Source: Chloroflexota bacterium
GTDB taxonomy: Bacteria > Chloroflexota > UBA11872 > VXOZ01
Direction: 5' to 3'
Length of the DNA stretch: 64,000 bases
Assembly: GCA_963662335.2 (NCBI GenBank)
Contig: CAXXVD010000001.1
Location: forward strand, 512,001-576,000
In this document: positions 20,260-28,942 of the stretch, piece after piece
How positions within the stretch are numbered: the stretch's first letter is position 1
How the letters are laid out: every line of letters begins with the position of its first letter
The notes under the pieces: generated by a model
What the model was told of the DNA's origin: nothing
Database searches by the model: none
Seen by the model: the letters and a program-made list of their open reading frames with translations, nothing else
Program-made: the position numbers and the translations under genes

Positions 20260-20365
20260 TCCGGCGGCCGGTTTGCACCCTTTATCAGATTGAGGGCATG
20301 ATTCACTCCCTTGGGTGGCCGTCGCATGGCCAGGTTGATTGCCGTAGCATGAATGCCGCGCGCCC

Positions 20366-21238
20366 GTGACGCGCGCCCTGCTGGCGCTCGCCGCCCTCGG
20401 GGCGTTGGCCGTGGGCGCGTACGGCGTCTTCATCGAACCCTACCGGCTGCGCGTGCGGCGCGTGCGCGTGCCGGTAGACTCCTTTAGCGCGCCCGACACC
20501 GTCGTCCGCATTCTCCATCTCACTGATCTCCACCTGCGGCACGATGATGCGCGCCGCGTGCGCATGATCCGCCGCCTCGCCGATCTGCCACAGCCCGACC
20601 TCCTGCTGCTCACTGGCGACCTCATTCGCGGCGGCCCCGACCCGGACGCCGAATTGGCGGCGCTGCTGGCGGCGCTGGCCCCCATCCGGGCGCGCTACGG
20701 CGCGTACGCCGTGCTCGGCAACCACGACCACGTGCGCCGCCACCGGGTCACGAGTTGGCTGGGCGCGTCGCTGCGCTTCCACGATACGACCGGCTTGGAG
20801 CGCGCGCTCGCGTCCCAGGGCATCCGCGTGCTGACCAACGCCCACGCGACCGTGACCGTGCGCGGCCAGCCCCTAACGCTGGTGGGGGTTGACGATCCCT
20901 TCTACTGGCTGGACGACGTGCGCCAAGCCGCGGCCGGCGCGCCAACGGACACGCCGCGCCTGCTGCTGGCGCATACGCCCGACGTGGCGCCCACGCTGGG
21001 TGACGAGCGCTTCGACCTGATACTCTGCGGCCACACCCACGGCGGCCAGATCCGCCTCTCTGAACGCATCGTCTGGCACACGAACACGCGCATAAAGCTG
21101 CCGCGCAACGCGGGCCTGATGCGCCTGGGGCCGCACCGGGTCTACTGCTCCGCCGGCATCGGCGTCTCGGTGCTGCCTATCCGGCTCAACTGCCCGCCGG
21201 AAGTCGGCTGGCTGAAACTCACCGCCGCCACCCCGTAG
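20366..21238 (+). CDS. Metallophosphoesterase (YkuE/YaeI-like)
   Basis: HLTDLH, TGDL, LGNHD, LAHTPD, CGHTHGGQI, RLNCPPE. Confidence 0.9.
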   Translation: MTRALLALAALGALAVGAYGVFIEPYRLRVRRVRVPVDSFSAPDTVVRILHLTDLHLRHDDARRVRMIRRLADLPQPDLLLLTGDLIRGGPDPDAELAALLAALAPIRARYGAYAVLGNHDHVRRHRVTSWLGASLRFHDTTGLERALASQGIRVLTNAHATVTVRGQPLTLVGVDDPFYWLDDVRQAAAGAPTDTPRLLLAHTPDVAPTLGDERFDLILCGHTHGGQIRLSERIVWHTNTRIKLPRNAGLMRLGPHRVYCSAGIGVSVLPIRLNCPPEVGWLKLTAATP

Positions 21239-21419
21239 CGCGGGGGCTTGTCCCCCGCATCGGCCACCTGCGACACTGTAGCGCGGGGGCTTGTCCCCCG
21301 CCTGGGGCAGCGCGGGCCTGGGGCGGAACGGATGGATTCCCGCGCACGCGGGAATGGCGGAGGCTAACGCGCTGTTTCCATGGCAATGACGTAACGTAGC
21401 GCGGGGGCTCGTCCCCCGC
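21235..21419. repeat. REP cluster: three family A copies (21235, 21278, 21396) and one ATTCCC half element (21333-21360)
   Basis: Direct sequence matches to the other copies. Confidence 0.85.
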
Positions 21420-21523
21420 AGCGACGGCTTGCGGCATCATTGCGCGCCGCCGTTGGCGGAGCGGCGTCCATGATGGTATCGTGCTGATAATCGTCACGGC
21501 AGCACCACTCACGCGAGGAATTG

Positions 21524-22741
21524 ATGAGCACAGCAGCAGTAGCAACCCGCGTCCGCGAACTGGAACCCGATCTCGTCGCCATCCGGCGGGAAATCCACCA
21601 ACACCCGGAAGTCGCTTTCGAACTGGACAAGACGACCCGCATCGTCGCCGACCGCCTGGCCGCGGCCGGTTGGGAGGTTGAAACGGACGTGGGCGGCCAG
21701 GGCGTGGTCGGCATCCTGCACGGCAGCGGCCCCGGCAAGGTGCTCGCCATCCGTCCCGATATGGATGCGCTCCCATTCCCCGACTGGAAGCAGGTACCGT
21801 ACGCCTCGCAAACGCCCGGCGTGATGCACGCCTGCGGCCATGACGCCCACACCGCCATCGGCATCGGCATCGCCGCGCTTTTGGCCGAGATGCGCGCTGA
21901 TTTTTCCGGCACGGTCAAGCTGCTGTTCGACCCGGCGGAAGAGACCGGCGGCGCGTCCGAGGCGTTGGGCGGCCCGCCCTGCGGCCCCAAGGCGCTGCGC
22001 GCGGCCGGCGTGCTGGAAAATCCCAAGGTGGACGCCCTGATGGGCTTCCACAACCTGCCGGAAATCCCGGTGGGCCAGGTGTGGGTGCGCCCCGGCGTCA
22101 TCTTCACCGGCTACGACATCATCGAAGTGGAAGTCACGGGCAAGGAGACCCACTCCGCCCGCCGCCATCAAGGCAAAGACGCGATTCTGGCGGCGAGCCA
22201 CGTCATCCAAACGCTCTACGGCGCCGGTTCCCGCCTGGCGCCCAACAACCAGGTGTTCTCGCTCAACGTCGGCCTCCTCGAAGGCGGCAAGGACTACAAC
22301 CTGATTCCGGCGACGGCAAAGATGAAAGGCTCCGTGCGCTGCGGCGATTTAGAAACCCGCGCGGGACTCGGTGAGCGCCTGGCCGCCCTGGTAGAAGCCG
22401 CCGCTGCGAGCGCCGACTGTACCGCGGCGTTTTCGCTGACGCGGGGCAATCCGCCGGTTGTCAACGATCCGGCTTTGGCCTCGCTCGTGCACGCCACCGC
22501 CGGCGCCGTCCTGGGCGCTGAGAACGCCGTGCAAATGGACGCGCCGCTCCTCATCGGCGACACCTTCTGCTTCCTGGCCGAAGGCGTGCCCAGCGTCTAC
22601 TGGCTCTTCGGCTCCGGCAACACCGAACGCGGCATCACCTACCCGCTCCACCACAGCCGCTACGACATCGACGAAGCCTGCATCGGCCACGCTACGCAGG
22701 TGGCGGTGGAAGCATCGCTGACGTATCTGAATAGCGGCTAG
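21524..22741 (+). CDS. M20D family amidohydrolase / peptidase
   Basis: RREIHQHPE, RPDMDALP, MHACGHDAH, PAEE, PLHH..YDIDE. Confidence 0.9.
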   Translation: MSTAAVATRVRELEPDLVAIRREIHQHPEVAFELDKTTRIVADRLAAAGWEVETDVGGQGVVGILHGSGPGKVLAIRPDMDALPFPDWKQVPYASQTPGVMHACGHDAHTAIGIGIAALLAEMRADFSGTVKLLFDPAEETGGASEALGGPPCGPKALRAAGVLENPKVDALMGFHNLPEIPVGQVWVRPGVIFTGYDIIEVEVTGKETHSARRHQGKDAILAASHVIQTLYGAGSRLAPNNQVFSLNVGLLEGGKDYNLIPATAKMKGSVRCGDLETRAGLGERLAALVEAAAASADCTAAFSLTRGNPPVVNDPALASLVHATAGAVLGAENAVQMDAPLLIGDTFCFLAEGVPSVYWLFGSGNTERGITYPLHHSRYDIDEACIGHATQVAVEASLTYLNSG

Positions 22742-22786
22742 AACGGCCGGTAAACGCTTGCGTTACTTCCTGCTGGACGCCTAATC

Positions 22787-22946
22787 TGCGTTTCACTGTC
22801 ATTCCGAGCGCAGCGAGGAATCTGGAGTCCTTGCGGGTTACAGAGTTGTCAAGGATATTGCCTGGGCAGGGCAAGCCCGGCTCTCGCTTGCACACTGCGC
22901 CCTAGATTCCTCGCTGTGCTCGGAATGACATGACAATGTCAACGCT
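22787..22946. mobile_element. 160-bp MITE-like element carrying a TGTCATTCCG...GGAATGACA doublet, flanked by 8-bp direct repeat GCCTAATC
   Basis: Direct repeats at 22779-22786 and 22947-22954; weak terminal IR (TGCGTT/AACGCT); palindrome doublet 22797-22930. Confidence 0.6.
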
Positions 22947-22948
22947 GC

Positions 22949-23383
22949 CTAATCGAGCGGCAGGTGCGCCAGCAACTCCGGTTCGATTTCTTCCAGCGGC
23001 AGCGGTTCGTGGCAGATGGTGATGCTTGGGCACGGCGCGGTGGGGAGCCAGACCGCGCGGGCTACCACCAGGTTGTCCGCGACGAAGAAGACCAGGACGC
23101 GGGCGCGCGGGTAGCGGGCGCGGAGGAAGGCGGCGAAGGGCAGGACGCGCGCGGTGCGTGCGGGGTCGTCGAGGCCGTGCCAATAGGCGACCGACGGCTC
23201 GTCCAGCGGCATGGCGATGAGATTGGCGACCGTCACCGCGCGCCGGTAGGCCGCGTCGTCTCCGGCCGCGGCCATGTTCTCCGGAACCAGCGAGAGGAAG
23301 GCGTCGCAGTTCCAGCTTTCCCGCTTCTGTTCGCGGGAGATGCGGTCCGCGGCGGCGCGGGCTTCGCGATTGTTGCCTGCCAT
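22949..23383 (-). CDS. Hypothetical protein (144 aa)
   Basis: ATG start, natural amino-acid composition, fills the gap downstream of mutL; no motif recognised. Confidence 0.55.
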   Translation of the reverse strand: MAGNNREARAAADRISREQKRESWNCDAFLSLVPENMAAAGDDAAYRRAVTVANLIAMPLDEPSVAYWHGLDDPARTARVLPFAAFLRARYPRARVLVFFVADNLVVARAVWLPTAPCPSITICHEPLPLEEIEPELLAHLPLD

Positions 23384-23430
23384 GTACTGCGTCCGTCACT
23401 TTCTTGGGGACATCACAATTCCGCGCCCAT

Positions 23431-23636
23431 GCGGGGGACAAGCCCCCGCGCTACGGCGCCGCAATAGGCTCCCGCGCACCGTTCCGTCATTCCCGCGAAA
23501 GCGGGAATCCACCGGCAGGGCGGCCAAGATGGATTCCCGCTTTCGCGGGAATGACGGTCAGGCGGCCGCCTTCACACCTCGTCGCCTTCACATCCCCTCG
23601 CCTTCACACCTCGTCGTCGCATCCCGTCGCATTCAC
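23431..23636. repeat. REP-A (23431-23454), ATTCCC doublet (23484-23557) and 16-bp tandem repeat (23568-23636)
   Basis: Direct matches; GCCTTCACA units at 23568, 23584, 23600. Confidence 0.8.
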
Positions 23637-25339
23637 GCCCGGCCGAACTCCCGCGCCAGTTGCGCGTGGGAGAGCCGCACCATGGTGGGCCGGCCGTGGG
23701 GGCAGGTGCGGGCCAGGTCGCAGCGTTCCAGAGCGCCGAGCAGCGCCGTGATCTGCTCGTGCGAGAGCGTATCGCCCGCCTTCACCGCGCCGTGGCAGGC
23801 GATCACCCAGCGCAGCCGTTCCAGCGGATCGCCGCGGTAGTCCGGGTTGTCCTGCTGTTCGATCACCGTCGTCACGAATTGCCCCCAATCGTGGCCCTTC
23901 TCCGCCAGGAAAGACGGCACCGCGCGCAGCAGCCAGGCGCCGCCGCCAAACGGCTCCAGGTCGAACCCCATGCGCCGCAGTTCCGCCGCGTGCGCCTCCA
24001 ACCATTGCACGTGGGCCGGCGCGAGCGCAAGCGGTTGCGGCTGGAGCAGCGGCTGGCTCTCCGCCGCCGGCAGGCGCTTGAGCACGGCCTCGTAGAGCAC
24101 GCGCTCGTGGGCCGAGTGCTGGTCTACGAGATACAGGCCGTCCACCCCTTCGGCAATCACGTACATAGCGCTGAGTTGACCCAGGATGCGCAGTTCCGGC
24201 GGGGCGGGCGCAACCGGCGGCGGCGCGCCGTTTGCGGCAGCCGCGTCCGCCTCAACCGGACGAAAGAGGTCTACCGCCCGTTCGGACTGGCCGGGCCCGG
24301 CCGGCGCCGCGTTTCCCCGCCAGGTGTCCAGCGGCTGGAAGCGTTGGCGCATCGGCTGCACGGCCACGTGCTCCGCCAGCGCCGTCCGCAGCACGCGGCG
24401 CAATTGCCCCACGGCGCGGCCCGTATCCCGCAGCCGGATTTCCGCTTTCTGCGGATGCACGTTCACGTCCACCTCTGCCCACGGCAGCGCCACGTCCAGC
24501 GCCGCCAGCGGGTAGCGCCCATCCGGCATGAGTTCCGCGTAGACGTCGGTCACGGCGTAGACCAGCGCCCGCTGCTGCACCCAGCGGCCGTTCACGAAGA
24601 GCGAGACGCCGGTGCGGTTGCCCCGGTGGACGGCGGGCTGGACGAGCACGCCGTGAGCCAGCGGGTCGTCCACGGCGATGAGTTGCTCGGCAATTTCGTG
24701 GCCGTGCATGGCGATGAAGACGTCCGCCATGCGCCCGTTGCCGGTGGACGCGAAGACCTCGCGCCCGTTGACGCTGAGCGTGAAGCGCACAGACGGCCGG
24801 CTCAGCGCCAGGTGCTGCACGCACTGCGCGATGCGCTGCGCTTCCGCCCGGGGGCTCTTGCAGAAAGCCAGCCGCGCCGGCACGTTGAAGAAGAGATGGC
24901 GCACGTCGATCGCCGTACCCACCGGCCCGGCGGCGGCTTGCAGCGCCTGCTGCTCGCCCCCTACGGCCGTGAGCGCGCGCGCGCTGCGGTCCTGCGCCGT
25001 GCGGGAGCGAATGTCCAGGTGCGCAACCGCCGCGATCGACGCCAGCGCCTCGCCGCGAAAGCCCAACGTGCGAATGGCTGCCAGATTCTCCACGCTGCTG
25101 AGCTTGCTGGTGGCGTAGCGGCGCAGGGTGAGCGGCAGGTCGTCCGCCGCGATGCCGGCGCCGTCGTCGGCCACGGCGATGCGGCGCAGGCCGCCCTGCT
25201 CGATGGTAATCGTGACGGCGGTCGCCTCCGCGTCCAGCGCGTTTTCGCACAACTCCTTCACCACCGAGGCGGGACGCTCCACTACCTCGCCCGCGGCGAT
25301 CTTTGCCGCCAACGCGGCAGGCAATACGTGAACGGCCAT
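23633..25339 (-). CDS. mutL: DNA mismatch repair endonuclease MutL
   Basis: IAAGEVVERPASVVKEL, GFRGEALASI, DVNVHP, DQHSAHERVLYE, ACHGA, CPHGRP. Confidence 0.96.
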   Translation of the reverse strand: MAVHVLPAALAAKIAAGEVVERPASVVKELCENALDAEATAVTITIEQGGLRRIAVADDGAGIAADDLPLTLRRYATSKLSSVENLAAIRTLGFRGEALASIAAVAHLDIRSRTAQDRSARALTAVGGEQQALQAAAGPVGTAIDVRHLFFNVPARLAFCKSPRAEAQRIAQCVQHLALSRPSVRFTLSVNGREVFASTGNGRMADVFIAMHGHEIAEQLIAVDDPLAHGVLVQPAVHRGNRTGVSLFVNGRWVQQRALVYAVTDVYAELMPDGRYPLAALDVALPWAEVDVNVHPQKAEIRLRDTGRAVGQLRRVLRTALAEHVAVQPMRQRFQPLDTWRGNAAPAGPGQSERAVDLFRPVEADAAAANGAPPPVAPAPPELRILGQLSAMYVIAEGVDGLYLVDQHSAHERVLYEAVLKRLPAAESQPLLQPQPLALAPAHVQWLEAHAAELRRMGFDLEPFGGGAWLLRAVPSFLAEKGHDWGQFVTTVIEQQDNPDYRGDPLERLRWVIACHGAVKAGDTLSHEQITALLGALERCDLARTCPHGRPTMVRLSHAQLAREFGRA

Positions 25340-25383
25340 GCGCTGCATCCTCTTCACCGGCGCCCACAGTCCCCTCGCCCGAG

Positions 25384-25589
25384 TGGAGAGACTGGGGAGA
25401 CGCGTAACAGTCGTTCGGGTAGATAGGTTACACATTTTGCTGCCTGTGGTCTACGGTTGCAACAGGTTGGAACGAAGCAGAATGTGATCCAGTTCCAGGG
25501 CATGGTCATCCTCCAGATGCAGATTCTCTATGCCCTATGGTGTAACCTATCTACGCGAGCATGTGTTACCTATCTCTCCGGTCTCTGCA
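25384..25589 (-). mobile_element. 206-bp MITE, probably an internally deleted IS481-family element
   Basis: 50-bp TG...CA terminal IRs, 39/50 identical without gaps; internal GGAGG RBS and ATG CCC TGG (MPW) at 25503, resembling IS481 transposase N-termini. Confidence 0.7.
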
Positions 25590-25722
25590 AGGGAGAGGTC
25601 TCGGGTGAGGCTAGATCTCACCGTTGTCGCGCTAATTGGGTAGGAAAAAACCCTCAGAACCGCAGCATAATCGCGTTGCCGGCGCGCGGCGCAGGAACGA
25701 CGAAAGCGAGGAGCATGAGCGT

Positions 25723-27021
25723 ATGGGAAATCTCGCCCTTACCGGCGGCGCGCCCGCAATTGCAGAGCCGCTGGGCAAATCCTGGCCTATCTTCGACGAC
25801 GCGGAACGCGAATTGCTGCAAGGCGTGCTGGAGAGCGGCATCTGGTGGCGGGGCGGCCACGCCGACCAGGATGAATCCCAGGTGGGGCGCTTCGAGCGCG
25901 ACTTTGCGGATTTCCAGGACGCGCAGTACGGCATTGCCGTCGCCAACGGCACCGTAGCGCTGGAGGCGGCGCTGCGGGCGGTTGGCGTGGAGGCCGGGGA
26001 CGAGGTCATCGTGCCGGCCGTCACGTTCGTGGCTACCGCTTCCGCCGTGCTGCAAGCCAACGCCATTCCGATCTTCGTGGACTGCGATCCGGCCAATTAC
26101 ACCATCGACCCGCAGGCCGTGGCGGCCGCCATTACGCCCAAGACCCGCGCCGTCATGCCGGTGGACTACGGCGGCATGCCGTGCGACATGGACGCCCTGA
26201 ACGCCATCGCCAACACACACGGCATCGCCGTCGTCTCCGACTGCGCCCATTCTCACGGCTCGCAGTGGAAGGGCGTGGGCACCGGTGCGCTGGGCGCTTG
26301 CGGCGGTTTCAGCTTCCAGATGGGCAAGACCCTCACCACCGGCGAGGGCGGCATGGTTTTGACGAACCGGGAGGACGTGGCGCAGCGCGCGTCCTCATTC
26401 CACAACATCGGCCGCTATCCCGGCCGCCCGTTCTACGAGCACCACATCCCGTCCACGAACCTGCGCATGACCGAGTGGCAAGGCGCGATCGGCAACGCGC
26501 AACTGGCCCGCCTGGCGGCCCAGACCGCCGTCCGCGAGCGGAACGCCGCCTACCTGGCGGAGCAGCTTGCGCACGTCGCCGGCTTCGCGCCCGTCTACCG
26601 GGATCCGCGCGTCACCCGCTGGGGGTTCTACTTCTGGCACTTCAAATACCAGGGCGCGCAGTTCGGCGGCATACAGCGCGACACGGTCATCAAGGCCCTC
26701 AACGCGGAAGGATTGCGCGTCCACACCGGCCACACGCAGCCGGTCTACCGCAACCCGATCTTCCAGGAGATGAACTTCGGCCGCACGGGGCACCCGTTCA
26801 CCTGCTCCTTCTATGGCAAGGAGATCGACTATCGCACGGTCCACTGCCCGGAAGCGGAACGCATCTACGCGGAAGAGGCCCTCTGCCTGCCGCACGCTAC
26901 CTTCCTGGGTCCACGGAGCGACATGGACCGCATCCTCGACACTCTCCACAAGCTGGAGCGCAATCAGGACGAACTCCGCGCCTGGGAGCGCGCGAGCCAA
27001 ACCGCGGCCGCCTCTTCCTGA
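25723..27021 (+). CDS. DegT/DnrJ/EryC1/StrS PLP aminotransferase (BtrR/RifK-like)
   Basis: NGTVAL, GDEVIVPAVTFVATA, DCAHSHG, FSFQMGKTLTTGEGG. Confidence 0.9.
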   Translation: MGNLALTGGAPAIAEPLGKSWPIFDDAERELLQGVLESGIWWRGGHADQDESQVGRFERDFADFQDAQYGIAVANGTVALEAALRAVGVEAGDEVIVPAVTFVATASAVLQANAIPIFVDCDPANYTIDPQAVAAAITPKTRAVMPVDYGGMPCDMDALNAIANTHGIAVVSDCAHSHGSQWKGVGTGALGACGGFSFQMGKTLTTGEGGMVLTNREDVAQRASSFHNIGRYPGRPFYEHHIPSTNLRMTEWQGAIGNAQLARLAAQTAVRERNAAYLAEQLAHVAGFAPVYRDPRVTRWGFYFWHFKYQGAQFGGIQRDTVIKALNAEGLRVHTGHTQPVYRNPIFQEMNFGRTGHPFTCSFYGKEIDYRTVHCPEAERIYAEEALCLPHATFLGPRSDMDRILDTLHKLERNQDELRAWERASQTAAASS

Positions 27022-27097
27022 GACGCTCCACGCGCGGGAGCGGTCATGATAGGGGTGACTCCGCGCAACCCGGTCAGAAGCGAAAGAAAACTTCCCT

Positions 27098-27123
27098 GTC
27101 ATTCCGGCTTTCGCCGGAATCCA
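27098..27123. repeat. TGTCATTCCGGCTTTCGCCGGAATCCA half element
   Basis: Matches the arms at 45209-45282. Confidence 0.7.
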
Positions 27124-27266
27124 GAGCGCCGCCTGCGGCCATTGCTCACCCAGTCTTCACTATTTGCCGGAGATATGGTAGTCTACGTCTCGTAGAAGAC
27201 CACCGCTCGTGGTTTCGAGTTTTGCGACACGCGGCACGCCATCAATCATGACAGGGAGCGCCAATC

Positions 27267-27872
27267 ATGGCCTTTACCGTGAAAGACCTTAAGTTCGGCA
27301 AGGATGCCCTGGACGGCATATCGGAAAAGACGCTCACCGTGCACCACGATACGCTCTACGCGGGTTACGTGAACAAGCGCAACGAGATCGAGGAAGGTCT
27401 GAAGGGCGTGGACCGCTCTACGGCCAACCAGGCCTACAGCGCCTACCGCGCCCTGAAGCTGGAAGAGACCTTTGCCGCCGACGGCCAGATTCTGCACGAA
27501 CTGTATTTCGATACCCTGGGCGGCAACGGCGAGGCCGGCGGCGAACTGGCGGATAAGATTGCCGAAGACTTCGGTTCCTGGGACGCCTTCATCGAGGACG
27601 CCCGCGCCTGCGCCATGGCCGCCCGCGGCTGGATGGTCACGGCCCTCGACCCGACCGACGGCAAGATCCATAACTTCCTCTGCGACGTGCACAACCAGGG
27701 CGGCGTCTGGGGCACGGTGCCGCTCTGGACGATCGACACCTACGAGCACGCGTACTTCATGGACTACGGCAGCGACCGCCCCTCCTACATCACGGCGCTC
27801 CTCAAGAACGTGGACTGGGACGCGGTGAACGAGCGGTATCAGGCGGCAAAGGCGTCGCTGGCGGCGCGCTAG
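27267..27872 (+). CDS. Fe/Mn superoxide dismutase family protein
   Basis: HHDTLYAGYV, LHELYF, DFGSWDAF, DTYEHAYFMDYG, NVDW. Confidence 0.9.
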   Translation: MAFTVKDLKFGKDALDGISEKTLTVHHDTLYAGYVNKRNEIEEGLKGVDRSTANQAYSAYRALKLEETFAADGQILHELYFDTLGGNGEAGGELADKIAEDFGSWDAFIEDARACAMAARGWMVTALDPTDGKIHNFLCDVHNQGGVWGTVPLWTIDTYEHAYFMDYGSDRPSYITALLKNVDWDAVNERYQAAKASLAAR

Positions 27873-28062
27873 GCCCGGCCACTTTTCCGCAGCGATTGAT
27901 GCGGCCTGTTTCCTGTCCGATATTGCGGCGTGTGCCGGAATGTCGGTCAAGAAGCAGGCCGTTGCTTTGCTCTCTTGCCTCCCATCGGCGGCAATACTCG
28001 TAGCCGTCACGCCGCGCGGCTGCTACAATGACACCGCATACGGTGTCTGGAACAGCGGCGCG

Positions 28063-28090
28063 GTAGGGGCACGACATGTCGTGCCCCTGC
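28063..28090. repeat. GTAG-REP family C
   Basis: GTAGGGGCACGACATGTCGTGCCCCT. Confidence 0.8.
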
Positions 28091-28150
28091 CGGGAATGGG
28101 GTCGTGCCCCAACTGGGATTGAAATACACGCGGGAAGAGAGGCCGGAGCG

Positions 28151-28942
28151 GTGAGTCTTGCAGCGGAAATCGAGGAAACTTGCGCGCCGGCGGGAGCACT
28201 GGCCGTCTGGAGTCTAGGCCAGGCGGGATTCGCCTTCAAGTCGAGCCAGGGCGCGGTCGTCTACGTCGATCCGTATCTTGGCGATGCCTGCAACCAACTT
28301 TACGGCCTAGAGCGCCTGATGCCGCCGCCGCTGGCCGCTGATGAAGTGCGGGCCGGCTACGTGCTCGCCACCCACAACCATGCCGACCACCTGGACCCGG
28401 ACGCCTTTCCCACAATCGCGCAGCACAACGCGTGCGCGCTCCTCATCGGCCCTTCCTCGTGCACCAACGCCATGCGCGCGCTCGGCATTCCGGCCAGCCA
28501 GACGTACACCCTCAATCACGACGACGTGCTGCACAGCGGCAGCGTGAAGATTCACGCCACCTTCGCCAACCACGTCTGGGGCGACCCGGACGACGCGCCC
28601 GACGCAGTTGGATATGTCATTGACTTTGGCGACGTGCGCGTGTACGTCAGCGGCGACACGCTCTACCACGAGCGTATGGAGGGCATTGCCGAACTGCAAC
28701 CGCACCTGGCGTGCATCTGCATCAATGGGCGTTGGGGCAACATGCCGGCGCACGAGGCCGCCCATCTCGCCACCGTGCTGCGCGCCCACACCGCCGTACC
28801 CACGCATTACAACATGTTCGCGAACAACACCGCCGACCCTGCCGACTTCGGCCGCGCTTTGCAAACGGAAGGTGGTAGCGTGCAACCGCTGGTCCTCACG
28901 CCGGGCCGGCGCGTGTTCTATCCGGAAAGGGAGTCCTCATGA
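28151..28942 (+). CDS. MBL-fold metallo-hydrolase (UlaG-like lactonase)
   Basis: WSLGQAGF, VDPYL, THNHADHLD, SGDT, INGRWGNM, PTHYNMF; GTG start. Confidence 0.85.
   Translation: MSLAAEIEETCAPAGALAVWSLGQAGFAFKSSQGAVVYVDPYLGDACNQLYGLERLMPPPLAADEVRAGYVLATHNHADHLDPDAFPTIAQHNACALLIGPSSCTNAMRALGIPASQTYTLNHDDVLHSGSVKIHATFANHVWGDPDDAPDAVGYVIDFGDVRVYVSGDTLYHERMEGIAELQPHLACICINGRWGNMPAHEAAHLATVLRAHTAVPTHYNMFANNTADPADFGRALQTEGGSVQPLVLTPGRRVFYPERESS

Noticed and set aside
20121-20369. Short ORFs made of repeat translations (RHSRESGN, SFPRKRES, CHSERSEES), also near 8482, 23404, 42482, 45048
   Set aside because: They are translations of intergenic palindromes with no independent coding evidence.
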